Source: Squalus acanthias (taxonomy: Eukaryota). From it: 64,000 nucleotides of DNA. The notes beneath the pieces were generated by a model, which was not told where the DNA came from, ran no database searches, and saw only the letters and a list, made by a program, of their open reading frames with translations. The stretch covers positions 145,204,001 to 145,268,000 of the forward strand of contig CM059432.1 in NCBI GenBank assembly GCA_030390025.1. Reading direction: 5' to 3'. A program made the position numbers and the translations under genes. Shown one piece after another: positions 1 through 10,862 of the stretch. Numbering within the stretch: position 1 is the stretch's first letter; the number at the start of each line of letters is the position of its first letter.

Positions 1-83
1 ACCCACGGTACTGTGTCCAAATCTCCTTGTTCACGGTAAGTGTTTCTATCAGTAGAGCAGACTCAGGACACGGATTATGGCGC

Positions 84-111
84 GGTTTTTGTACGGTGCT
101 GTGTCACAGTG
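84..111 (+). other. 12-RSS of TCR-gamma J segment (J-a)
   Basis: Consensus nonamer GGTTTTTGT (84-92), 12-bp spacer (93-104), heptamer CACAGTG (105-111) abutting the J coding sequence. Confidence 0.93.
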
Positions 112-158
112 GTCTGGTGTAAAGTTGTTCGGGACCGGGACTAAACTGATAGTTACAG
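112..158 (+). CDS. TRGJ: T-cell receptor gamma joining segment J-a (SGVKLFGTGTKLIVT), apparently functional
   Basis: FGxGT motif in an open frame, 12-RSS upstream, phase-1 donor G|GTGAGT at 159 compatible with the C exon. Confidence 0.93.
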
Positions 159-634
159 GTGAGTTTATGTTCCACTTGATAGAACGGTCCGGGGTCGGAG
201 TTTTTTGCGTGGCGCGGTAATGGTTAAGGAGAGATACTGTAACACACGGTAAGACAGCAGGGCTCCTCCAGAGCTCATGGTCTGGCTGTGATACTGACTC
301 CAGCAGTCTAACGGGCGGGGAGTGGATGATCCCGGGCACCTCACTGCTTCAATAACACGAGACGCGAGCAGTGATCATTCTGTAACACCGGGAGATGTGT
401 ATCGTGTGGAATTGTGGCCACAATTTATTACCCCCGGGGTTGTTAACAGCGAGGTTTATGTGTGAGGGGCAAGCCGCGTGTCGGGGGATGATAGCCTGCG
501 CAGGGTGTACACATGTACCGAGCTAATGTGCTTCTGGCACTCACCTCCTTATTACAAAACTTTCAGATTATTAATTCTAATAAATCTGTAGTATGTATTG
601 TGGGGTAAACACCCAAAAGTCAGTTAGATAGTGT

Positions 635-1749
635 AGTAATAGTTCAAAGAGACAGCAATAGTTTATAGAGACAGTAATAGTTTATAGAGACAGTAATAGT
701 TTATAAAAGAGACAATAATAGTTTATAGAGACAGTAATAGTTTATAGAGACAGTAATAGTTTATAAAAGAGACAATAATAGTTTATAGAGACAATAATAG
801 TTTATAGAGACAGTAATAGTTTATAGAGACAGCAATAGTTTATAATAGAGACAATAATAGTTTATAATAGAGACAATAATAGTTTATAGAGACAGTAATA
901 GTTCATAAAAGAGTCAATAATAGTTTATAGAGACAGTAATAGTTCATAAAAGAGACAGTAATAGTTTATAGAGACAGTAATAGTTCATAAAAGAGACAAC
1001 AATAGTTTATAGAGACAGTAATAGTTTATAAAAGAGACAATAATAGTTTATAGAGACAGTAATAGTTTATAAAAGAGACAATAATAGTTTATAGAGACAG
1101 TAATAGTTCATAAAAGAGACAGTAATAGTTTATAGAGACAGTAATAGTTCATAAAAGAGACAGTAATAGTTTATAGAGACAGTAATAGTTCATAAAAGAG
1201 ACAGTAATAGTTTATAGAGACAGTAATAGTTTATAAAAGAGACAATAATAGTTTATAGAGACAGTAATAGTTTATAAAAGAGACAATAATAGTTTATAGA
1301 GACAGTAATAGTTCATAAAAGAGCCAATAATAGTTTATAAAAGAGACAATAATAGTTTATAGAGACAGTAATAGTTTATAAAAGAGACAATAATAGTTTA
1401 TAGAGACAGTAATAGTTTATAAAAGAGACAACAATAGTTTATAGAGACAGTAATAGTTTATAGAGACAGTAATAGTTTATAGAGACAGTAATAGTTTATA
1501 AAAGAGACAGTAATAGTTTATAGAGACAGTAATAGTTTATAGAGACAGTAATAGTTTATAAAGACAGTAATAGTTTATAGAGACAGTAATAGTTTATAAA
1601 AGAGACAATAATAGTTTATAGAGACAGTAATAGTTTATAGAGACAGTAATAGTTTATAAAAGAGACAGTAATAGTTTATAGAGACAGTAATAGTTTATAA
1701 AAGAGACAGTAATAGTTTATAGAGAAGCAATAGTTTATGAGAGACAGTA
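635..1749. repeat. AT-rich minisatellite, 19-21 bp unit (AGAGACAGTAATAGTTTAT / ...TATAAA)
   Basis: Directly visible tandem array of about 1.1 kb between J-a and J-b. Confidence 0.95.
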
Positions 1750-1772
1750 TTACTCACCTCTGCTTCCCATTG

Positions 1773-1800
1773 AGATATTGAACAGTCCTGTATCACTGTG
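1773..1800 (+). other. 12-RSS of J-b (weak nonamer)
   Basis: Perfect heptamer CACTGTG (1794-1800), 12-bp spacer, degenerate nonamer AGATATTGA (5/9 match). Confidence 0.75.
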
Positions 1801-1849
1801 GTTAATACTGCTATGCAGTTCGGCGCTGGGACCAAACTCATTGTAACGG
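1801..1849 (+). CDS. TRGJ: T-cell receptor gamma joining segment J-b (VNTAMQFGAGTKLIVT)
   Basis: FGAGTKLIVT motif, open frame, heptamer immediately upstream, phase-1 donor G|GTAAGT at 1850. Confidence 0.92.
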
Positions 1850-1908
1850 GTAAGTCTGATATCATTGCCCATCGCGGGCCGAGTGTCTCCGAGCGGCCCT
1901 GTGCCGGC

Positions 1909-1966
1909 GGGTTTTGCACCGTGAGGAACACAGTCTCCTTTCGGCGCTGGGAAAAGGCTGGTGAGT
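1909..1966 (+). pseudogene. Degenerate J segment (J-c; ...SPFGAGKRL)
   Basis: TTCGGCGCTGGG (FGAG) at 1940-1951 is identical to J-b. Nonamer-like GGGTTTTGC at 1909-1917 and heptamer-like CACCGTG/CACAGTC are mis-spaced. The GTGAGT donor at 1961 is phase 0, out of frame with C. Confidence 0.65.
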
Positions 1967-2158
1967 CTTAAAATCCACCACTTTAACAACACACGGGAGA
2001 GGAATTCTGTGCAGCATCAAAAGCAGCACTTAACATAACCCGGGTGGGGATTAGTTGTTGGAGCTCTTTGGGAATGGCAAGTACAGAAACCAGGAAATGT
2101 AACCGTAACATGAAGATTAATAAGGAAATCGGTTGGGGCGATGGTATTTCGCTCAGTG

Positions 2159-2207
2159 CTTTCACACAGAGAGATTTTCGGCTCTGGGACAAGACTTACA
2201 GACAGCA
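2159..2207 (+). CDS. TRGJ: TCR-gamma J segment J-d (LSHREIFGSGTRLTDS); open frame with degenerate RSS
   Basis: FGSGTRL motif. Heptamer-like CTCAGTG (2152-2158), exact 12-bp spacer, nonamer-like GGTTGGGGC (2131-2139). Phase-1 donor GTCAGT at 2208. Same 49-nt length as J-b. Confidence 0.65.
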
Positions 2208-2884
2208 GTCAGTTTAACAGGAGTAAATGAGCAGGCCGTGAATTAGTGATGTTAAATCCCTTACAAATCCTCGATATCTCAACTGAAAATACCGAGAGCT
2301 TTAGATATTCTGGTACAGCTTTGAGTACAAGAGCTAAGGTCCCGAGCGGTTTAGAATTTGTCTAAATCTGTAGTTTAGGGACTAGTCAATAGTCACTTTC
2401 TGTAAAACATCGAGATAGCAGATGGTGTGAAAATAGTCAGAGAGTGCCAGTAAACTGGTAGCCGTGGATATGCGGAGCCCGCGGGGGCGGCGAGGCGGTC
2501 TCTCCGGCTGCCGGTCTTGTCCAAGCCCGGGTGGCCCCAGAGAGGCGACATGCGGCGTCCCGCGGGCTCGGAGCCTCGGCGACCTGTGGGGACTGTGGGA
2601 CGTTCATTGCAGAGCGATTGAAATAACGGAATGCCGAGATCTAGTTCATGTTAGGTTTCAATTAGATTATTTCTAAGGGAGGCTCTTGCAGTTACTGATG
2701 TTTGTTCGGTGACAGCTCACTGCTTTCATTAACATTTCTGCTGGTTACTGAAAAGTCCCCCCCCCCCCACCCCCCAGCCTAGCAAACAACAACTGGCGAC
2801 TTTGTATTTATCACACGTGTTTTAGAAAGAATATCCCAGGGAAGCAAAATTGTAAGAGAACTCGAGCGGCACCTTTACCGTGTA

Positions 2885-4470
2885 GAATCCTAGAATCATA
2901 AGAAGGAGGCAATTCGGCCCATCGTGCCTGTGCCGGCTTTTTGAAAGAGCGATCCAATTAGTCACACTCCCCCCCCCCCCCCCCCCCACTTTCCCCATAG
3001 CCCTGCAATTGTTCTCCTTTTCAAGTATTTCTCCAATTCCCTTTTGAAAGTTACTATTGAATCTGCTTCCACCACCCTTTCAGGCAGCGCGTTCCAGATC
3101 ACAACAACTTGTGTAATTTTGTTTTTCTTCATCTCCCCTCAGGATCTTTTGCCAATTACCTTAAATCTGTGTCCTCTGGTTACCGGCCCTTGAGCCACTG
3201 GGAACAGGTTTTGATTATTTACTCTATCAAAACCCTTCAGAATTTAAAATTGTACAATTTAATTTATATTGCCTCGAATCACAGAATCATAGAATGGTTA
3301 CAGCACAGCCCATTGAGCCCGTGCTGGCTCTATGCAAGAGCACTTCATCTAGTCCCACTCCCCCTCCCTCTGTGTCCTCTGGTTCTCCACCCTTCCACCA
3401 ATGGGAACAGTTTACCTCTATCTACTCTGTCTAGAACCCTCATGATTTTGAACACCTCTATCAAATCTCCTCTCAACTTTCTCTGCTCTAAGGAGAACAA
3501 CCCCAGCTTCTCTAGTCTACCCATGTAACTGAAGTCCCGCATCCCTGGAATCATTCTCATAAATCTTTTCTGCACCCTTTCTAAGGCCTTCACATCCTTC
3601 CTAAAGTGTGGTGCCCAGAATTGGACACAATACTCCAGTTGAGGCTGAACCAGTGTTTTATACAGGTTCATCATAACTTTCTTGCTTTTGTACTCTATAC
3701 CTCTATTTATGAAGCTCAGTATTCCGTATGCTTTTTTAACCACTTTCTCAATCTGCCCTGCCACCTTCAATGATTTGTGCACTTATACCCCAGGTCTCTC
3801 TGTTCATGCACCCCCTTTAGAATTGTACCCTTTAGTTTATATTGCCTCTCCTTGTTCTTCCTACCAAAATGTATCACTTCGCACTTTTCTGCATTAAATT
3901 TCATCTGCCACGTGTCCGCCCATTTCACCAGGCTGTCTATGTCCTCTTGAAGTCTATCACTAACCTCCTCACTGTTCACTATACTTCCAAGTTTTGTGTC
4001 ATCTGCAAATTTTGAAATTGTGCCCTGTACACCCACATCCAAGTCATTAATATTTTTCAAGAAAAGCAGTGGTCCTAGAACCGACCCCTGGGGAACACCA
4101 CTGTATACCTTCCTCCAGTCCAAAAAACAACCATTCACCACTACTCTCTGTTTCCTATCACTTAGCCAATTTCATATCCATGCTGCCACTGTCCCTTTTA
4201 TTCCATGGGAATGCCTCTCCTCATTCCTCCTACCAAAATGCATCACTGCACACTTCTCTGTGTTAAACTTCATCTGCCACGTGTCTGCCCATTTCATCAG
4301 TCTGTCTATGTCTTCCTGAAGTCTGTTACTATCCTCCTCATTGTTTACTGTGGAAACAGTTTCTCCCTATTTACTCTATCAAAGCCCTTCATGATTTTGA
4401 ACACCTCAATTAAATCTCCTCCAAGGAGAACAATCCCAGTTTCGCCAGTCTCTCAACATAACCGAAGTCC
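2885..4470 (-). mobile_element. CR1 LINE fragments (ORF2 RT C-terminal part and 3' tail), rearranged
   Basis: ORFs 3767-4141 ([10 protein letters not shown]...KFADDTKL) and 3345-3782 (LEYCVQFWAPHFRKD...LRGDLIEVFKIM) are typical CR1 ORF2. Confidence 0.92.
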
Positions 4471-4573
4471 CTCAGAAGTTGTTAATTTGTAAATGGATAG
4501 ACCTGTGGTTTGAGCTCAGCTCCATTTAATCTAATCACGTTAAGGGCCAAACTGTTCACCTTCCCGGTCAGAG

Positions 4574-5750
4574 CTCTCCTCTCCCCTCCCCTCTCCCATC
4601 CTCTCCTCACCTCTTCTCCTCTCCTCCCTTCTCTCCTCTCCCCTCCCCTCTCCCATCCTCTCCTCACCTCTTCTCCTCTCCTCCCTTCTCACCTCTCCCC
4701 TCCTCTCCTCTCCTCCACTCTCCCCTCCTCTCCTCTGCACTCATCTCCTCTCCCCTCTCCTCCCCTCTCCCATCCTCTGTTCCCCTCCTCTCTCCCATCC
4801 TCTCCTCACCTCTTCTCCTCTCCTCCCTTCTCCTCTCCCTTCCTCTCATCTCCCCTCCTCTCCTCTCCCCTCTCCTCTCCTTCCCTCCCCTCTCCCATCC
4901 TCTCCTCGCATCTTTTCCTCTCCTCCCTTCTCTCTTCTCCCCTCCTCTCCTCTCCCCTCTGCTCCCCTCCCCGCTCCCATCCTCTCCTCACCTCTTCTCC
5001 TCTCCTCCCTTCTCACCTCTCCCCTCCTCTCCTCTCCTCCACTCTCCCCTCCTCTCCTCTGCACTCATCTCCTCGCCCCTCTCCTCCTCTCTCCCATCCT
5101 CTGTTCCCCTCCCCTCTCCCATCCTCTCCTCACCTCTTCTCCTCTCCTCCCTTCTCCTCTCCCTTCCTCTCATCTCCCCTCCTCTCCTCTCCCCTCTCCT
5201 CTCCTTCCCTCCCCTCTCCCATCCTCTCCTCACATCTTTTCCTCTCCTCCCTTCTCTCTTCTCCCCTCCTCTCCTCTCCCCTCTGCTCCCCTCCCCGCTC
5301 CCATCCTCTCCTCACCTCTTCTCCTCTCCTCGCTTTTCCCCTCTCCCCTCCTCTCCTCCACTCTCCCCTCCTCTCCTCTGCACTCCTCTCCTCCACTCTC
5401 CCCTCCTCTGCACTCCTCTCCTCTCCCCTCTCCTCCCCTCCCCTCTCCCATCCACTCCTCACCTCTTCTCTCCTCCCTTCTCTCCTCTCCCCTCCTCTCC
5501 TCTCCTCCACTCTCCCCTCCTCTCCTCTGCACTCCTCTCCTCTCCCCTCTCCTCCCCTCCCCTCCCCTCTCCCATCCACTCCTCACCTCTTCTCCTCTCC
5601 TCCCTTCTCTCCTCTCCCCTCCTCTCCTCTCCTCCACTTTCCCCTCCTCTCCTCTGCACTCCTCTCCTCTCCCCTCCCCTCCCCTCTCCCATCCTCTCCA
5701 CCCCTCTCCCGTCCTCTCTTACTCTCTTCCCTCTCCTCTCCCCTCTCCTC
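4574..5750. repeat. Polypyrimidine (C/T) low-complexity tandem repeat in the J-C intron
   Basis: About 1.2 kb of almost pure CCTCT/CTCCC units with larger internal duplications. The S/P/L and R/G/E ORFs here are artefacts. Confidence 0.95.
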
Positions 5751-5972
5751 GCTCCTGTTTACTCTAAGCTTTGACAACGAAAGCATCAGAGATTCGAGTA
5801 AAACGCCAAATACACGTCTCGATCTGTAAGTAAACACAGAGATTGAGGGACCATTTCTTTGAGACTATTATCAAATCTGTAGCCAATCGTACACTGTAAA
5901 TGCAGATATTAGGATTTCTATCTGTCCTAACCGGATAGATTTACAGATATTTCTTGTTTTTTTTGCAATCAG

Positions 5973-6293
5973 ACAAATCGCCTAGGGGACCAAATATTCG
6001 CCTTTTCCCCCCGAATGCTAAGGAAGTGGAAACGAAGAACACATTCCCGGTAGTCTGTCTCCTGACTGGATTCTTCCCCGAAGTTATCAGGGTTAACTGG
6101 GAAATCGCGGGAGAGTCAGCGAAAGTCGAGAAAGTGTTCACAGGCCCGGCGGAGCAACAGCAGGACGGGTATTACTCGGTGATCAGCAGCCTAACAATCT
6201 CCAAGAGTGACTGGGAGACCAAAACGTTCTCCTGCGGAGCGGAGCACGAATCTGACACAAAGAAAGAAACGATTGATAAGAACTTCCAAACCG
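5973..6293 (+). CDS. TRGC: TCR gamma constant region exon 1 (Ig C1 domain)
   Basis: Acceptor ttttgcaatcAG|AC. Translation (D)KSPRGPNIRLFPP...VVCLLTGFFPEVIRVNW...YYSVISSLTISKSDW...FSCGAEHES has C1-set Cys/Trp/Cys. Phase-1 donor G|GTACAG at 6294. Confidence 0.93.
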
Positions 6294-7583
6294 GTACAGT
6301 CCTCACTGATTCACATTGTCTCATCTTAGTCTAAAATATATTTCAATCAAAAAAAAACCCCAATAACTATTACACAAGGGTTCAGGAAAACCTAATTTTG
6401 TATAAATCCCATTTTATTAATCAGCTTTCCCGTAAGTGTCTAATTTTAGACTTCGACCCGTGTAATATTTTCCACTTTTTTCTCTTAAAACTGTCATTTT
6501 TATTTTTTGAAAGCAGCACTCAGTCTATACCTGTGTTACAGAAGGGATTAAAGTCTTCCTGCTCCTGTCCATTAGTTCTCGGTCCGTTACCTAACTCGGT
6601 GTCCCTGACAGAAATCAATTGCTGACAGCCCGAACGGTTCTTTATCAGTTTCTGTTACAGAACCAAGGACACGCTCTGTGTCCGAAGCCGGTTAATATAA
6701 ATGTAACGGGCTTTGTTGTACCAACAACATATTTAAGGACAATTTGTGACATCCATGAATCTCCGTGTTTTATGTTGTAAATGTGACTTGTGTCTGACCT
6801 GTGCCCAATGTTATACATCGACGGAGGTGACCTGAGAAATTACTCGCACACATTGAGATTAATAACTATCGGTAATACATTGTGTAAACTCGATCGACTG
6901 TCACTAGAGCACAAAATCTTCAACTCTTGAATTCCCGCGGGGTTCTCCCGATCGTTCGCGTAACTTCGGCGGAAGAGCCGTTGCAACCCCCGGGGGGCAA
7001 ACGGCGTAAACCCAATGCAACGCCGAAAGGTGGGAGCGAGTTGTAAACTATAAATATTCCGTCAGTTCCTTCTTCTCTCTGAAGAGGAAGCGGGTCCCCT
7101 GAGTTTCTCTGGGTGAATGGGGTTTGTGCACGGAACGTTTAAAAATGCGAATGGCCAACCCAGGCACTTGGGCATTTATTTTAACACCATCACACCAATG
7201 CATTCAGAGTGGCCCCCCAGTGCAGATTGTACTGAAGGGGGAAGAGCCGTGTCCAAGGCCGAGGGACTGGGAACTGAAGCGTTCACTGAGGGCAGCGGGA
7301 AACGTGTTACAGCCAAGGGCTCAACTGCAGAAAATTATTATTTTAACACCACTTTAAACTCCAAGTGGAAATAACAAGACTGCGCCGAGCAATGTGGAGC
7401 TCGGCTCCCCACTGTCTGAGAGTCCGAGCTGCCGCACATTTAACTAGTATTTTAACTGCGGGACATCGAACGCGTTCTCCAACAGTTTGGTTAGTCTTAT
7501 TACTCGCTCTCACGAGCCACCACATTGCTGAATTTTCGGATTGTTTCTAATTTATGTTCCTGTTTCTCTTTGCTCGGCTGCAG

Positions 7584-7664
7584 CTAACGGCGAAAACAAT
7601 GATCTAAAAGCTGACGGGTGTCCGTCCACCGAGTCAGAGACATCGGAGACCACGGATGAAGAAG
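7584..7664 (+). CDS. TRGC: TCR gamma constant region exon 2 (connecting peptide with interchain Cys)
   Basis: Acceptor ctgCAG|CT and donor G|GTAATT, 81 nt, phase 1-1. Encodes (A)NGENNDLKADGCPSTESETSETTDEE with a single Cys. Confidence 0.82.
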
Positions 7665-8029
7665 GTAATTCCCCCCAATAAGAACAAAATATGCTTCGGG
7701 TGCACAACCCGGTCCCCAGCCCGAGAACAGTGGTTCTGGTCCTGGAGGAACTAATCCTCCAATCCCCCTCAAACCGTGAAACTGAACTCAGTAATCTGCT
7801 AAATCTGTGGGTCGGCACCGGCCAAATGACCTGGAAAACTGCCGCATTTTTTTTAATAAAACCTCAACCGGTCCAGCAATGTCCTTCAGGGAAAGGACCC
7901 TGCTGTCCTCACCCGGTCTGGCCTATACGCGACTCCAACCCACTCCAACTGGTTGACTTCCATTACCCTATGAAGTGGCTTCGCGAGACATTCAGTTGTA
8001 AAAAGAAATAAAGTAATAAATTGCAAAAA

Positions 8030-9780
8030 AAATGATTTTAAGTGGATGAGAATGGAACTAGATAAAATAAACTGGAAGAATTTACTGATAAACAAAGAAA
8101 TAGAACGGCAGTGGGAAACATTTATAACAGTGATCAATAGAGTCCAATATATTCCACTAAAAAGCAAGAATAAACGAGCCAGTAATGACACACCGTGGAT
8201 GAATAAAGAAATAACAGTAACATTTTAACTAAAGAAAACGGCATACACTAAGTACATAGACAGTAAAGGAGAGGATGAGAAAAGGGAATACGAAGAGATT
8301 AGGAAAGAAGTCAAAAACAATTAGGAAGGCAAAGAGAAACTACAAAATTAAATTATCACAGAATATAAAAAGAAATAGTAAAATATTCTATAGACACATA
8401 AATAACAAAAGGAAGATCAGGATAGGGATCGGGCCACACGATAAACTCACAGCTAATGACAGTGAAATGGCAGAAATAGTAAATAATGACTTTGCCTCGG
8501 TATTTACCAGGGAGACTAACTAGTTGGACAGGAGATTAGAAGAAGAGATCAACAAATATATAAAAACATTTAAGATAGAAAGTGGGGAGATAATTGATAA
8601 ACTGATCAAACTTAGAGAGGATAAGCTCTGGAATTCCCTCCCTAAACCTCTCTGCCTCTCTACTTCTCTCTCTCTCCTCCTTTAAGATGCTCCTTATAAT
8701 CTACCTCTTTGACCAAGCGTTTGCTCACCTGTCCTCATATCTCATTATGTGGCTTGGTGTCAATTTTTTTGACAACGCGCCTGTGACCCCTAACCCTTGG
8801 GACGTTTTACTACGTTAAAGGTGTATAAATGCAAGTTGTTGTTGTTGTATAAGACCCCTGGTCCGGATGGATTGCTCTCGTGCATATTAAAAGAAGTTAG
8901 GGACCAGATAGCAGAGGCACTATTTTATATATATATATATATATATATAAATTCATTAGAAAAGGGAATAGTGCCAGAGTGGCGGACAGCTAATGTGATT
9001 CCTATATTTATAAAGGGAGATAGAACAAGTCCAGGGAACTATAGACCAATCGGCTTAATGTCGGTAGTAGGAAAGATACTGGAATCTTTACTCAGATATG
9101 TAATAGAAAAAACATCTAGAAACTGAAAATATAATAAATAATAGTCACAGATTTCAAAAGGGAAGGTCAACCTTATTGAATTCTTTTGAAGAAGTAACAG
9201 AAATAGTAGACAAGGGTAATGCAGCACATGTAATATAGTTGGATTTCAAAAGGCTTTCAATAGATACTGCATAGTAGACTCATGACTAAGGCCAGAGGAT
9301 ATGGAGTCAGGGGAGAAGTAGCAGAATAGATAGCAAGCTGGCTACAAAAAATGTAGTTAGTCAGACTGGTAAAAGGTGAGAAGTGGTGTTCCATAAGGAT
9401 CGGTGCTGGGACCATTGTTGTTCACCATTTACATAAACGATTTGGACTCAGGAATTGGAAGTGCAATTTCAAAATATGCAGACAACACCAAATTGGGGGT
9501 ATAGTTAATACAGTGGAGGACTCTGATAAATTACAGGAAGACATTAATAAACTTGCAGAATGGGCGTCTAATTGGCAAATAAACTTCAATTTAGATAAGT
9601 GTGAGGTGGTACATTTTGTAGGATGAATAAGGAGGCCACATACTCCTCGGAAAATAAGTGTCTAAATAGGGTAGAGGAGTTGAGGGATCTGGGGGTACAG
9701 ATACAGAAATCACTAAAAGTAGCGATGCAGGTTAATAAGGCCATTAAAACAGCAAACAAAGCACTCGGGTTCATTTCTCG
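8030..9780 (+). mobile_element. Degenerate CR1 LINE (ORF2) in C-gamma intron, interrupted by an L2 3' fragment (~8626-8850)
   Basis: ORF fragments KTPGPDGL...GNYRPIGLMSVVGKILES and later RT motifs with stops and frameshifts. Confidence 0.88.
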
Positions 9781-10080
9781 CCACCGGAAGTAGTTTGTCC
9801 CCAGGGTTTCAAATTTGAAATACTCAAGACTGGCAAGTATGGGGTTACTGACAATCCGGTGTTAAATAGAATTACAGTCAGTGAGATGTTAACATAGTTA
9901 CATGCACTTTGTGAAATCTTCGAGATTCATGCTTTGCACCAGGGTGGTTTATTGCCCGTTATTTGTTACTTTTCCAAACGACCCATTTTCCCACCCAGCA
10001 TATCCTCCATTTCTTAGAAGCCCGAATGCGCGTTAATGAATTAGAAACTGACGACTTTTGTGTTTCTTCATGTTGCACAG

Positions 10081-10214
10081 GACCGCCTTTGAGTTCGCTG
10101 CAGGTGGCGACCTTTACATACACGCTCCTGTTGATGAAGAGTATGGCGTATTGCGGGATCATCTCATTCATCCTTTACAAGGTGGAGTACCGTGATGCGA
10201 AGAAGTCGCTTTAA
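10081..10214 (+). CDS. TRGC: TCR gamma constant region exon 3 (transmembrane + cytoplasmic tail)
   Basis: Acceptor tgttgcacAG|GA. Encodes (G)PPLSSLQVATFTYTLLLMKSMAYCGIISFILYKVEYRDAKKSL*, with the conserved TM lysine in a Y-x-LLL-x-KS-x-x-Y pattern typical of TCR gamma/beta. No D segment seen, and STARD3NL is adjacent, which supports gamma. Confidence 0.92.
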
Positions 10215-10862
10215 CTGGTATCAATAAACCCGTGTTGTAAAATTTTGATGACAGGCCTCTCTTTGGTGTCAGCTTTTTGCTATGTTTTCCTGTTTATCCC
10301 GAGAGATTGTACTTGTTGTCGACAGCTTACAGTTGCTGTGTAGACATATCCAGGGAGGATTTTATTTCCAGGCTTGTGTGTGAGGCTAATGATCGGAGCT
10401 GTGGTGTATCTTCAAATGATTACACTCTAGTGCAAGATAACTGAAAATAACAGCACCTTCTTAATCAAATATCTGCGATATTTTTGTAGAGGGAATTGCT
10501 GATCTTTACGTGAGTTTGTTACTGTCCATTCCAATGCTGCCTTTTGTGAGTGCTGCCTACAATTAAATCGCTGACTTTCGTTATCTCATATTTCTCTTCT
10601 TATTCTACGTTTATCATTCTGTAAATCGGACAACAATTAAAAAAAATCTTTCAATCTCATTTGATATGTTGTTTGTGCTTTTCTTTCTGCGGGACAGTGA
10701 TCGGCGATTTAAAAACCGTGGCTTAAAAAATACATTCCCAACAGACTCGCGCTGTTTTAAGCAAAAGACAACCCAAACAACCCCAGCTCACTCTTGTAAG
10801 GACTCGACTTAAACCAATAAAATCTGATGTTAAGAAAATCACATCACAGAATTCATCCAGTA

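Noticed and set aside
200-255. Nonamer-like GTTTTTTGC and a G|GTAAGA donor suggesting another J
   Set aside because: No heptamer at 12- or 23-bp spacing and no FGxG motif.
4510-5829. 439-aa S/P/L-rich ORF and antisense R/G/E ORFs
   Set aside because: Translations of the polypyrimidine repeat.
5973-10214. Assignment to TCR beta, delta or an Ig light chain
   Set aside because: The TM exon has a single Lys and no Arg, which argues against alpha/delta, and light chains have no TM exon. The three-exon C with TM and tail in one exon, plus the STARD3NL linkage, favours gamma over beta.
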